64,000 nt of DNA, taken from NCBI GenBank assembly GCA_963726295.1, contig CAVSBW010000009.1:629-64628 (forward strand). Reading direction: 5' to 3'. Below the pieces are notes generated by a model. That model did not search any database and was not told the origin of the DNA. It saw only the letters and a list, made by a program, of their open reading frames with translations. Positions 38,051 through 48,000 of this stretch are shown in pieces. The position numbers and the translations under genes are program-made. The first letter of the stretch is position 1, and each line of letters starts with the position of its first letter. This DNA comes from an uncultured Actinomycetota bacterium (GTDB lineage Bacteria; Actinomycetota; Actinomycetes; Actinomycetales; Dermatophilaceae).

Positions 38051-38889
38051 GTCCGGACCCCCGCGGAGGCGGGGCGCGCCGCGTCGGCTCGTACCCCTGG
38101 CCGGTCGAGGTGGCGGGGTCCGCCGCGCGGCACGGCACTGCCGATGACCCGCACGAGATCGCCCCGGGCCTCCACCTCGAGCCGTCCCCCGCGCTCCGAG
38201 AGCTGACGCGCGGTGAGCGCCGCCCGGCCCAGCCGGTCGGCCCAGAAGGGCGCCAGCTTGCCGTGGGCGCTGACGCAGACCTGGTCCTCGGTCACGCCGA
38301 GCGCCGGGAAGAACGTGCGAGAGACGAAGTCGGTGCCGGTGCCGCCCGCGGCCGTGACGATGTGACCACGGAACGGCAGGCGAGCGAGGGCGTCGAAGTC
38401 CGGACGCACCGCCGCGACCGCGTCCGGGGTCGCGACCTCGACGAGGACGTCGTCGTGCGAGGTCGCACAGCAGCGGTGATCAGTGAGGCCCAGAGCCTCC
38501 AGCAGCCCGGGAGGAGGCGGCCCGGGGGTGAGGGCCGCCGCGTCCAGCTCGATGGCGACGAGGGGGCCCACCCGTTCCGCCGCGAGGACCCCCTCGCCGC
38601 CGTCGAACACCAGCCGGACCCGCCCGGTGTTCTCCGGGCGGGTGAACAGCACGCGCGCACTCGCGATGGTCGCGTGCCCGCAGACGTTGATCCGGGCGTG
38701 CGGGGTGTACCAGCGCACCCGGTAGCGGCCCGCGCCCGCCTCCGACACGAAGGCGGTCGTCGGAACGCCGATGCGGCGGGCAAGGTCCTGCATCTCGTCC
38801 GGTTCGGGCAGCTCCGGGACCTCGACGACCGCCGCCGGGTTCCCGAGGTGCTCGTCGTCGGCGAAGGCGTCAACGAGGGAATACTGCAT
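38047..38889 (-). CDS. PhzF-family isomerase-like protein
   Basis: In-frame part of ORF 38047..39090 from ATG 38889: MQYSLVDAFADDEHLGNPAAVVEV...TTAFV...RWYTP...INVCGHATIA... is the typical PhzF/YddE pattern. Confidence 0.75.
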   Translation of the reverse strand: MQYSLVDAFADDEHLGNPAAVVEVPELPEPDEMQDLARRIGVPTTAFVSEAGAGRYRVRWYTPHARINVCGHATIASARVLFTRPENTGRVRLVFDGGEGVLAAERVGPLVAIELDAAALTPGPPPPGLLEALGLTDHRCCATSHDDVLVEVATPDAVAAVRPDFDALARLPFRGHIVTAAGGTGTDFVSRTFFPALGVTEDQVCVSAHGKLAPFWADRLGRAALTARQLSERGGRLEVEARGDLVRVIGSAVPRGGPRHLDRPGVRADAARPASAGVRT

Positions 38890-40027
38890 CGGCGCGCCTC
38901 TCCTGCTTTGGGTCCCAGGAACGGAAGAGCGCGTCGATGGCCGACGCCATGCCCCACACCTCCCGGTAGGTGGGGCCCTCGGGGCCCTCGTCGATGTCCC
39001 TCTGGCGAGCGTAGGCGGCCGTCGTCCACTCCGGGGTCGAGGGATAGCGGTGGTGGTGGTCGTGGTTGGGGAGGTCGCCCACCACGACAAGCAGCCGCGC
39101 CGGCACGTGGTAGGAGAGCGTCGCCGCCCACCAGCGCACCCAGGCCGTCGTGCGCCGAGCGAACGGGAGCCCGCGGTCCGGCACCGGGGACCCGCAGAAC
39201 CGGGCCGAGGTGTTCGCCACGGTGTAGTACCGGCCGAGCTCCGGGTCGCGGGGGGCCAGCCACTCGTGCTCGCCGAGCCGGTCGAGCAAGGCGCTCAGCT
39301 GCGCGAACATGACGACCGGCACGAAGAAGGCGAGCACGAGCACGAGCACGCCGTTCGGGAGCCAGAAGGGCAGGGATAGCCACCAGCCGACCCAGACGAG
39401 GAACGCGAGCCGGCGGACCGGGCTCGCTCGCACGTTGCTCCGCACCCGGTCGACGAGACCGCGCCAGTAGAACACCGGCGACAGGAAGACCACCCAGGCG
39501 CGCCGCCACAGACCGCCCCGGGACATGCCGGGATGAAGCCCGAGGTCGAAGAGGAACTGCACGGGAGGGTCGTCCTCGGTCGCGAAGATGTCCCGCCGGT
39601 GGTGGTTGTCGAAGTGCTCGGTTCGGAAGTCCCGGAAGGTGTGGAAAACGCTGAGCACCGTCACCGCCTCGCCCCAGAAGGCGTCGCGCGGAGCCCGCCC
39701 CGAGAAGCGGCGGTGCAACGCCTGGTGGGCGATGACGAGGACCATCATGCGCTCGCCGGCGACCGTGAGCACCCACCCCACGAGCAGCGCGAGGTACCAG
39801 AAGGGGAACATCGTCGCGACGGCGACCGTCGACAGGGCGAGGCCGCCGACGAACAGGGCCACCACCACCGCGAGGTACGACGCCCAGGTGTGGCGCAGCA
39901 GCGGCTCCTGGCCCGGCAGTGCCTTCCCGGTCTGCCAGGTCCAGAAGTGCTGCGTCCACCCCGGGAAGCGCCGGTAGGTGGCACGGACGTCCCTGACGGG
40001 AACCATCGCCTCCTCGCCCGGGGTCAT
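38870..40027 (-). CDS. Membrane fatty-acid-desaturase-family diiron protein
   Basis: In-frame part of ORF 38870..40579 from ATG 40027. Three His boxes (HQALH, HFDNHH, HDHHH) separated by hydrophobic helices. ATGA overlap with the upstream gene. Confidence 0.7.
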   Translation of the reverse strand: MTPGEEAMVPVRDVRATYRRFPGWTQHFWTWQTGKALPGQEPLLRHTWASYLAVVVALFVGGLALSTVAVATMFPFWYLALLVGWVLTVAGERMMVLVIAHQALHRRFSGRAPRDAFWGEAVTVLSVFHTFRDFRTEHFDNHHRRDIFATEDDPPVQFLFDLGLHPGMSRGGLWRRAWVVFLSPVFYWRGLVDRVRSNVRASPVRRLAFLVWVGWWLSLPFWLPNGVLVLVLAFFVPVVMFAQLSALLDRLGEHEWLAPRDPELGRYYTVANTSARFCGSPVPDRGLPFARRTTAWVRWWAATLSYHVPARLLVVVGDLPNHDHHHRYPSTPEWTTAAYARQRDIDEGPEGPTYREVWGMASAIDALFRSWDPKQERRADAVFPR

Positions 40028-40716
40028 CGTGCCGTCGCCGGCGCCCTGACGTCGGACTCGATCGCGAGCCGGTCGAAGAACGCCGTCCAGAGCCGCCACA
40101 TCTCGTCCGCGGCCTTGAGCACCGTCTCCTCCTGCTGCTCGGAGAACTCGGAGGTCAGGGCGTTCTTGGCCTGCTCGACGTGGTCCGGCTCCTGTCGGAG
40201 GTGGATCGCGACCCACTCGTTGTCCTCGACCTCCGTGGCGCGGGCCACGGCCTTCCCGATGCTCGACACCATGAGCAGGTCCGTGGTCTCGGTCGCGAAG
40301 ATCGAGCCGAGGGCGGTCTCCCGGGTGTCCGTGGACACCCGGTACCCCTCGACGAGTGCGGCGGTCTCCGGGTAGGGCTCCGCGGTGCGGATCTGCTCCG
40401 GGTCGAACCCGCACCGGGCCATGGAGTCGAGGTAGATCACCTCGTGGGCCCGGCCGACGTTCCCACCGCCCGCCTCCTGGTTCAGGATCCGTGAGATCGC
40501 GCTCTGGGAGGCGATGTCGGGGAGTACCGCGATGGAGCGGGCGAGGAAGGTCGGGAAGTAGTGCAGCGGGTGCCACCACTGGTCGATGAGCACCGACGCC
40601 TGTTCCTTCGAGAGGTCGATGCTGTCGACGGAGTCGAAGAACCGGTGGTTGCAGAACTCGGTGAAGACCGGGCTCGTGGCGAGCCGCTCGTCGAACGACA
40701 CGTTTGTGGTTGACAT
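40024..40716 (-). CDS. Heme-oxygenase-like diiron (HDO) family protein
   Basis: 230-aa ORF with a GAAGGAG RBS. NHRFFDS...LSKEQASVLIDQWWHPLHYF, QEAGGGNVGRAHEVIY and IHLRQEPDHVEQA match the E/H ligand spacing of the PqqC/CADD/UndA-like helical family as I recall it. Confidence 0.6.
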   Translation of the reverse strand: MSTTNVSFDERLATSPVFTEFCNHRFFDSVDSIDLSKEQASVLIDQWWHPLHYFPTFLARSIAVLPDIASQSAISRILNQEAGGGNVGRAHEVIYLDSMARCGFDPEQIRTAEPYPETAALVEGYRVSTDTRETALGSIFATETTDLLMVSSIGKAVARATEVEDNEWVAIHLRQEPDHVEQAKNALTSEFSEQQEETVLKAADEMWRLWTAFFDRLAIESDVRAPATAR

Positions 40717-40749
40717 CTTTCGCTCCTTCGGATGGGCGGGTGGTTCCGG

Positions 40750-41640
40750 TCAGGTTGACGGGGAGGACACGGGGCTGAAGGGCACACCCCAGGCGTTCTC
40801 GGTGCGCATCCGGTTGTGCCCGTGGGCGTCCTCACCGGCGACGAGCACGCAGCCGTGCCGGTCGAGGTCAAAGTGGTGCCCGAACTCGTCGAACTCCGTC
40901 ATGCCCCCGTACACGCGCACGTGGGTGGGCACGGTGCGGATCGCGTAGCCCATGCGCTGGCGGTTGCTCGTGTTCGGGTTCGAGCCGTGGATCGTGCGCG
41001 CCGTGAAGATGATGAACTGGCCCGGGCGCATCTCGACGTGGTCGACATGCTCGTCGTCGGGGTCCCAGTCCGGGTCGATCTTGATGTCCTCGTAGTTGTA
41101 GCCGAAGAAGGCGTTGTCCCGTGCCCGACCATTCCAGCTCATCCGCGCATGCTCGTCGTAGCGCCACTGGCGGTGGCTGCCCGGGATGAGCCTCATGCAG
41201 CCGTTCTCCCGAGTGGCCTCCGTGAACGCCACCCAGCAGGTGAGCTCCATCGGGGTCTCCGGAGACTGCTCGGTCGCCTCGAGCATCCCCTCGCTCGTCT
41301 CGCCGATGGCGTAGGTCTCGACCTGGTGCCACCCGGTTCCGGAGTCACCCGGGTTCTTCGGGAAGAACTCGGTGCGCCAGCAGACGATGTCGTCCCCGAT
41401 CAGGGCCTGCATGCGGCGGACGATCTCCGGCTGGGTGATCAGCTCACCGAGTCCCGTGACGTCGAGGTGACGGTCGTAGTTCATCGGGTTGTCGAAGACC
41501 TTCGCCTCGTCGTTGGTCGGGTCGAGAAGGGCCTTGCGCTGCACCTTCCACCACGCAGTCATCTCCTCCGGCTCCCAGAGCGTGAAGGGTCCGATGTAGC
41601 CGCGCTCCGCGAAGGTGCGGCGGTCTGCGTCAAGATCCAT
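40750..41640 (-). CDS. SyrB2/CmaB-family Fe(II)/2-oxoglutarate enzyme, divergent paralogue with HxV motif
   Basis: In-frame part of ORF 40750..41685 from ATG 41640 (MDLDADRRTFAERGYIGPF...). Motifs: NYDRHLD, CWRTEFFPKNPGDSGTGWHQVETY, CWVAFTEATRENGCMRLIPGSH, GQFIIFTARTIHGS. Clearly homologous to the gene at 50845..51798. Confidence 0.8.
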   Translation of the reverse strand: MDLDADRRTFAERGYIGPFTLWEPEEMTAWWKVQRKALLDPTNDEAKVFDNPMNYDRHLDVTGLGELITQPEIVRRMQALIGDDIVCWRTEFFPKNPGDSGTGWHQVETYAIGETSEGMLEATEQSPETPMELTCWVAFTEATRENGCMRLIPGSHRQWRYDEHARMSWNGRARDNAFFGYNYEDIKIDPDWDPDDEHVDHVEMRPGQFIIFTARTIHGSNPNTSNRQRMGYAIRTVPTHVRVYGGMTEFDEFGHHFDLDRHGCVLVAGEDAHGHNRMRTENAWGVPFSPVSSPST

Positions 41641-44245
41641 CGAGGGCACCCGCTGTCTCCGTTCCTGAGTTTTCGAGGGCCGCATCGAGACGGGCCGCGA
41701 GGTCCGCCACGTCGGGCTCGTGCATGACGCTGTGGTGGTCCCCGGCGACGGGGACGGTCGTGAACGGCCCGGTGCAGAGGCCGCGCAGTGCCTCGGCCAA
41801 CCGGGCCTGCCGGCCGGGGTCGGACCCGGCCGGCTGGAAGAGGGTGACCGGCCCGCCGTAGGGCCGGGGCGTGTAGCGCATCGCCGCGTCCATGCAGGCC
41901 CGGGCCCGGAGGAGCACGGTGCGCAGGTAGTCCGTCGGCGTCCCTCCGGTGAGCGGGGCGCCCATGAGCTGGGTCCACACCCGGCCGCTCGTGAGCTCGA
42001 CGACGTCGTCGGGAGAGCAGGTCGGGTCGTCCAGCCGCGACAGGACGCCGTCGAGCATCTCCCGGAAGGGCGTCTCCGCCATGGGCAGCCCGGTCAGCGG
42101 GTCGACCAGGGGATTCGCGTCGACCATCCCCAGCAGGTCCACGGTCACCCCGGCGTCCCGGAGCTGTCGGGCGACCTCGTAGGCGAGGACCCCCCCGAAC
42201 GACCAGCCCGCAAGGAGGTACGGCCCGTCGGGCCGCGCGGCCCGCAGCTGCTCGACGTGGGTACGGGCCAGCTCCTCGAGCGAGGTGCCTCGCGGGACGG
42301 GCCCGGTCCGGGCGACCCCGAGCAACCGGTACGGGGCGCGTGACGCGCGGGCGAGCGCACGGTAGGCGATCGGCTCCCCGCCGAGCGGGTGCAGCAGGTG
42401 GAGGCTGCGGACGGACGGTCCAGGCCGCAGTGTCATGACTGCTGAGCACCTGGCCCGCCCCTCGGCGCGGGCGCCCTGCTCCGCGAGGGCGCCGACGAGC
42501 CCGGAGACGGTGCTGTCGTCGAGGAAGACCGAGAGCCCGAGCGTGCTGCCGAGTTCCTGGGCCATCTCCGCGACCACCCACGTGGCGAGCAGCGAGTCCC
42601 CGCCGATGTCGAAGAAGTCGTCGTGGGCGTCGAACTCGTCGTGCCCGAGGACCCGGCGCCAGATGGCGGTGACGGTGTCGGCCAGAGACGTGCCGGCCCC
42701 GGACGGTCCGGCCTCCGGCAGCTCCAGGGCAGCCAGGGCCTGCGCGTCCACCTTGCCGGAGGAGGTGCGTGGCAACGAGTCGACAAGGACGAACCGCGCG
42801 GGCACCAGGTGCTCCGGTACGAGCCCGCGCAGGTGGTCGACCAGCTCGCGGTGGGGGGCCGGGCCCCGCGTCTGGAGGTAGCCGACGAGGCCCGGCACTC
42901 CCGGGGCGAGGTCGCGCAGCCCGACCGCGGCCGCCTCGACCTGAGGATGGTGTAGTAGGGCACCCTCGACCTCCGCGGGCTCCACCCGGAACCCGCGGAC
43001 CTTGAGCTGTCGGTCGTCACGGCCGAGGAACTCCAGGCCCTGCGATCCCGCGCGGACGAGGTCACCGGTCCGGTAGAGCCGTGTCCCGCTCCCCGTGGGA
43101 TCGGCGACGAAGCGTGTGGCGGTCTGCGCCGCGTCGCCCACGTAGCCGCGGGCCAGACCGGAGCCTCCGAGGTAGAGCTCGCCGACCTCGCCGTCACCGA
43201 CCGCCGCCATCCGCTCGTCGAGCACGGCGCACGTGACCCCGGCCACGGGTGCCCCGATCGGCGGCGCCGCAGGCCACTCCCCCGTCCCGCCGGCGAGGGT
43301 GAAGCGCGTCGCGAGGTGGGCCTCGGTCGGTCCGTAGTGGTTGTCGAGGCGACATTGCGGGAGGGCGCCGAACAGTGCCCGGATCGCGGGTGTCGCGACG
43401 AGGCGCTCACCGGCGGTCACGACGTGGCGCAGCGACGACGGCCACAGGGCGCGGCGCCGAGCGGCGGCGGCGAGGAGCTGCAGCGCGACGTACGGCAGGA
43501 AGAGGCGTTCGGCGTGCTGATCGACGACGAGGTCGAGGAGGGCGTCCGGGTCGCGACGGACCCGCTCCGGGGCGAGCACGAGGGTTCCGCCGGTGGACAC
43601 GGTGGAGAGCACCTCCTGGAACGTCACGTCGAACGAGGTCGCTGTGAACTGCACGGTGCGCAGCCCGCGCGGCCCGTCCGCGACCTGCCAGCCGATGAGC
43701 CGGTCGAGGCCCCGATGGGTCATGCCGACCGCCTTCGGCCGGCCGGTCGACCCCGAGGTGTGCAGCACGTAGGCCAGCGAGTCGGGGGCGGGAGGCGCCG
43801 GGTGGTCCGGGCCCGCGACATCGGGTCCCCGCGGGTCGACCACCTGCGCGGCGGCCACCGGGGCCTCGCCGCCGCCGACCACCACGCGGACGCCGAGCCG
43901 CTCCAGGGCGGCGGCCGTCCGCTCGGGGGGAGCGCCCTCGTCGATCGGGCAGTAGGCGCCCCCGGCGAGGAGAATGCCGAGCATCGCGACGACGCCGTCG
44001 ACGGAACGGTCCGACACGGCGGCCACGACCTCGTCCTGCGACACCCCGGCCGTCCGCAGGCGTGCGGCCAGGCCTTCGACCCGCCGGAGGAGCTCGCCGT
44101 AGGTGGCCGGCCGCCCGGGGGCCGTCGGGTCGACGACGGCGGGCTCGTCGGGATGGGTCCGGGCATGCTCGGTGAGGGCGGCGTGCCAGGACCAACCCGG
44201 GGCGGGGGCCCCCGTGGGGGGGGTCATGGTCTGGGTCACTGTCAT
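41630..44245 (-). CDS. NRPS, A-T-TE (stand-alone loading/release tridomain)
   Basis: In-frame part of ORF 41630..44776 from ATG 44245 (MTVTQTMTPP). A: [74 protein letters not shown]: FFDIGGDSLLATWV. TE: LLAGWSFGG. Confidence 0.85.
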   Translation of the reverse strand: MTVTQTMTPPTGAPAPGWSWHAALTEHARTHPDEPAVVDPTAPGRPATYGELLRRVEGLAARLRTAGVSQDEVVAAVSDRSVDGVVAMLGILLAGGAYCPIDEGAPPERTAAALERLGVRVVVGGGEAPVAAAQVVDPRGPDVAGPDHPAPPAPDSLAYVLHTSGSTGRPKAVGMTHRGLDRLIGWQVADGPRGLRTVQFTATSFDVTFQEVLSTVSTGGTLVLAPERVRRDPDALLDLVVDQHAERLFLPYVALQLLAAAARRRALWPSSLRHVVTAGERLVATPAIRALFGALPQCRLDNHYGPTEAHLATRFTLAGGTGEWPAAPPIGAPVAGVTCAVLDERMAAVGDGEVGELYLGGSGLARGYVGDAAQTATRFVADPTGSGTRLYRTGDLVRAGSQGLEFLGRDDRQLKVRGFRVEPAEVEGALLHHPQVEAAAVGLRDLAPGVPGLVGYLQTRGPAPHRELVDHLRGLVPEHLVPARFVLVDSLPRTSSGKVDAQALAALELPEAGPSGAGTSLADTVTAIWRRVLGHDEFDAHDDFFDIGGDSLLATWVVAEMAQELGSTLGLSVFLDDSTVSGLVGALAEQGARAEGRARCSAVMTLRPGPSVRSLHLLHPLGGEPIAYRALARASRAPYRLLGVARTGPVPRGTSLEELARTHVEQLRAARPDGPYLLAGWSFGGVLAYEVARQLRDAGVTVDLLGMVDANPLVDPLTGLPMAETPFREMLDGVLSRLDDPTCSPDDVVELTSGRVWTQLMGAPLTGGTPTDYLRTVLLRARACMDAAMRYTPRPYGGPVTLFQPAGSDPGRQARLAEALRGLCTGPFTTVPVAGDHHSVMHEPDVADLAARLDAALENSGTETAGALDGS

Positions 44246-44479
44246 CCCTCGGCCGTCGGAGGCTCGTGTCTGCTGTCGGCGGGACCGCGCCACACGGTGT
44301 GCGACAACCAGGTCCGCGACCCACAGTAGGAGCGGCCGCCCCCGGGCCGTCGTCACGTGAATCGGCCACGGCACGACGGAGCACGCCGACCCTGTCCGGC
44401 GTATCGGGGACAGGACCCCGCGGACACGAACCCCTTGACTTGGGGCCCTAGCTCTCGGACACCCAGCAGGGAAGACGCC

Positions 44480-45022
44480 ATGGACACGCTCACCGCTCGC
44501 CCGACCGCGCCGGCCGAACCGGACTGCATCGGTCCGATCGCCATCGCACCACGGCTCGCCCACGAGCTCGAGGTGCTCGCCGCCGGCGCGGCCGCCGACG
44601 ACCTCGCCCCGTTCGTGGTCTGCGCATCCGAGTTGTTGCTGCGCTGGTCGCGGGGCGGCACGCCGAGGTGTGCCCGCGTGATCCGGGGCCGTCACGAGGC
44701 GTTCGCACATCCCGTCGCCCCGACGGGGACGACCCCGGACCGGGCCCACCTGAGCTTCCGGGACGCTCTGGTCCACCTGGCCGCCCGGCCGGCCGAGGAG
44801 GTGGACCCGGCAGACCTGGCCGATGTCACGATCCTCATCTCCTCCGACGGTGAGCGGATGTACCTCGAGCGCACGACCACCGGGGCCGGTGGCCCCTGCC
44901 TCGGGTCTTGGGCCGACACCTACCTCGGCCTGCTCGGCACCCTCGCGGAACGTCCGGACGCCCCCCAGATCACCCGCCCCGGCACCCCAGGGGACGGCGT
45001 GACGGTGTTGGCGGCCTCGTGA
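44480..45022 (+). CDS. Small protein resembling the C-terminal part of a condensation domain (possible remnant or docking protein)
   Basis: In-frame part of ORF 44357..45022 from ATG 44480. No HHxxxD. The tail resembles the region that precedes A domains in NRPSs. GTGA overlap with the next NRPS (45019-45022). Confidence 0.35.
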   Translation: MDTLTARPTAPAEPDCIGPIAIAPRLAHELEVLAAGAAADDLAPFVVCASELLLRWSRGGTPRCARVIRGRHEAFAHPVAPTGTTPDRAHLSFRDALVHLAARPAEEVDPADLADVTILISSDGERMYLERTTTGAGGPCLGSWADTYLGLLGTLAERPDAPQITRPGTPGDGVTVLAAS

Positions 45023-48000
45023 CGGCGACGCGTACCGACCCCGACGTCACGGTGACGGTGGGCTCCGCCGACGGTGGTCCGGAGGAGGACCGGACCGTCC
45101 CCGGGCTCATCCTGGCCCGGGCCCGCCGACGGCCCCGTGCCGTCGCCGTCGAGGCGGTGGACGGACGCCTCACCTACGGCTCGCTCGTCGACCGCGCGGG
45201 GGCGGTCGCTCGCCACCTCCGAGCCCTGGGGATCTCGGGCGGTGACGTCGTCGCCGTGGATGTCGAGCGCACCATCGACCTCGTGCCCGCACTGCTCGGC
45301 GTGCAGCTGAGCGGGGCCGCCTACCTTCCCCTGGACCCCGGCCACCCGAGGGAGCGGGTCGAGAGCATCCTGGCCGACACGAGGACGGCCGTGCTGCTCA
45401 CGGACGACGCCCACCGCTCGCCCCCGGGGGCCGGACGCACGGTCCCGATGTCGCAGATCCACCCCGCGGAAGGGACCGACGGCCTCGGCGCGTCCCCGGA
45501 CGCAGCGGCCTACGTCATCCACACCTCGGGGTCGACCGGCCGTCCGAAGGGCGTCATGGTCGGCCACCGGGCCCTGACCAACCTCATCCTGTCCCTGCGT
45601 GACCTGTTCGGGCTCCCGGAGGACTGCGTGCTGCCCGCCGTGACGACGGTCTCCTTCGACATCGCCGGGCTCGAGCTGTTCCTCCCCCTGACCGGAGGCG
45701 GAACCGTCGTCCTCGGCGAACCCGCCGATGCCCGTGACCCGCACCGCCTCACGGCCCTTGTCGAGCGGGCTGGGGCCTCGGTGCTCCAGGCCACCCCCAC
45801 CTCCTGGCGCCTGCTCCTCGCGGCCGGCTGGCAGCCGCCGCCGGGCTTCACTGTCCTCTGCGGTGGGGAGCGGCTCCCCTCCGACGTCGCCGACGACCTC
45901 CTCACCGACGCCACGGTCCTGTGGGACCTGTACGGACCGACCGAGACGACGATCTGGTCCGCCGTCACCCGGTACGAGAGGGGCACCACCCCACGGTTCC
46001 ATCCCGTACGCGGAACCTCCCTCGTCGTGCTCGACGGCGCGCTGGACCCGGTCCCCGACGGCTCCCCCGGGGAGCTCTACATCGGGGGCCCCGGACTGGC
46101 CGAGGGCTACCTCGGCCGGCCCGGCGCCACCGCCGGCCGCTTCATCGCGCACCCGTGGTCCCACGGCGCGCGGTTGTACCGCACGGGTGACCTCGCACGG
46201 CGGCTCCCCGACGGCCGCACCGAGATCCTCGGACGGACCGACGACCAGGTGAAGATCCGCGGCTTCCGCGTGGAGCCGGGAGAGATCGAGGCCGCTCTGG
46301 TGCGGCACCCGGGGGTGGCCTCCGCCGCGGTGGCGGCCGAGCAGACGGACCACGGGGCCCGGCTCGTCGCGCACGTTTGCGCGTCCGACCCCGCCGATCA
46401 CCCGGACGAGGGCACGCTGCGCCGCCACCTGGGGCAGCGCCTCCCGGAGTACATGGTGCCCGCAGAGTTCCGCGCCGTCGAACGGCTGCCGACCACCCCC
46501 AATGGGAAGCTCGACCGGGCGGCCCTCGCCGCCCCGGATGGCCGGCGCTCCGGCGCGCCGGTGGCGGCCCCGCGCTCCCCCGCGTCCGCCCCGCCCGCCG
46601 CGGACGACAAGGGGTCACCGGGACCGGGCAGCGAGGTCGTCGTCGCCCGGGTCCTGGCGGAGGCCCTGGACCGCGACCACGTCGGCGTGCACGACGACTT
46701 CTTCTCGCTCGGTGGCGACTCGCTGCGCGCGGTGCAGGCGATCCTCCGGCTCAACGCCGAGCTGGGAACCGAGCTGCCGGTCAACACGCTCTTCGAGATG
46801 CGCACCGGGTACGGGCTCGCGCGCCTCGTCGACGGCGACATCGTCCCCGAGCCGACGCTGGAGGCCCTCCCGAAGGCCCAGCCGCACCAGCTCTCGGCGG
46901 CCCAGTGGCGGCTGTTGCTGCACCAGACGCACGCCCCGGAGAGCGTCCTGCACAACCGGGCCCTCGCGCTCCGGGTACCGGACGACGTCGACGTCGACGC
47001 CGTGCGGGACGCCGTCGACGGCCTCGTGGCCCGGCACGGGACGTTGCGGACCCGCTATGTGGTGGACGCGGCCGGCCTGCCGCGCCCGGTCCTCGAGGAA
47101 CCCGGCCGGACGCCGGTGACGCTCGTGGACGCCGACCCGGCCGCCACACTCGCTGACGAGCTGTCGCGCCCCTTCGACCTCGCTGGGTCGGTGCCGGTCC
47201 GCGCGCGGGTGGTCCGAGGGCCCGACGGCGGGAGCTACGTCGTGCTCACCGTCCACGAGATTGCTGCAGACCACCGCTCGCGGGCCCTCCTCGTGCGACA
47301 GCTGCGGGCCGCTTTCCGTGGCCATCCGGTCCCCGACCCGCCCTTCGACTACGTGGACTATGCCGCGTGGCAGCGCGAGCTGGCGGGCGGGCCGAACACG
47401 CAACGTCACCTGGACTACTGGCGCGCCACGCTCGCCGGGCTCGACCCTGCCGACCTGCGGACCGACCGGCCGCGCCCGTCGCGACGCGTCCGCAGCGCCG
47501 GCGCCGTGCGCTTCTCCCTCCCGCGCGAGGTCGTGGCCGGGACCCACGACCTCGCCGCCGACCATGACGCGCCCCTGGCGGTCGGTCTCCTCGCCGGGCT
47601 CGTCGCGGTGCTCGACCGGTACACGACCGGCTCGGACGTCACCGTCGGGGTCCACACCGACGGGGCCGAGCACCCGGACCTCGAGCAGATGGTCGGGGCG
47701 TTCGAGAGCACGGTGCCGCTGAGGGTCCGGACGGCCGACGCCGACGCCCCCGGGCAGCTGCTCGGCCGGGTGCGGGAGGCGGCGATCAGTGCGCTCGGTC
47801 ACGCCAGCCCGCCGCTGGAGGACGTCGTCTCGGCAACGGTCGGCTGCGTCGCACCGTCCGCGCCCGGCCGGAATCCCCTCTTCGACGTCTCCTTCGCACT
47901 CCGTGCCCCCACGGGGCTCAGCGACCTCGACGTCCCGCCGTGCGCCGAGGCCGCGGTCGACCTGCACTGCGAGCTGACCGAGCTGCCTGACGGCGGCGTC

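Noticed and set aside
44435-44440. TTGACT (-35-like) in the divergent region between the A-T-TE gene and 44480..45022
   Set aside because: There is no acceptable -10 hexamer at 16-19 bp spacing. Actinobacterial promoters cannot be called reliably from a single hexamer.
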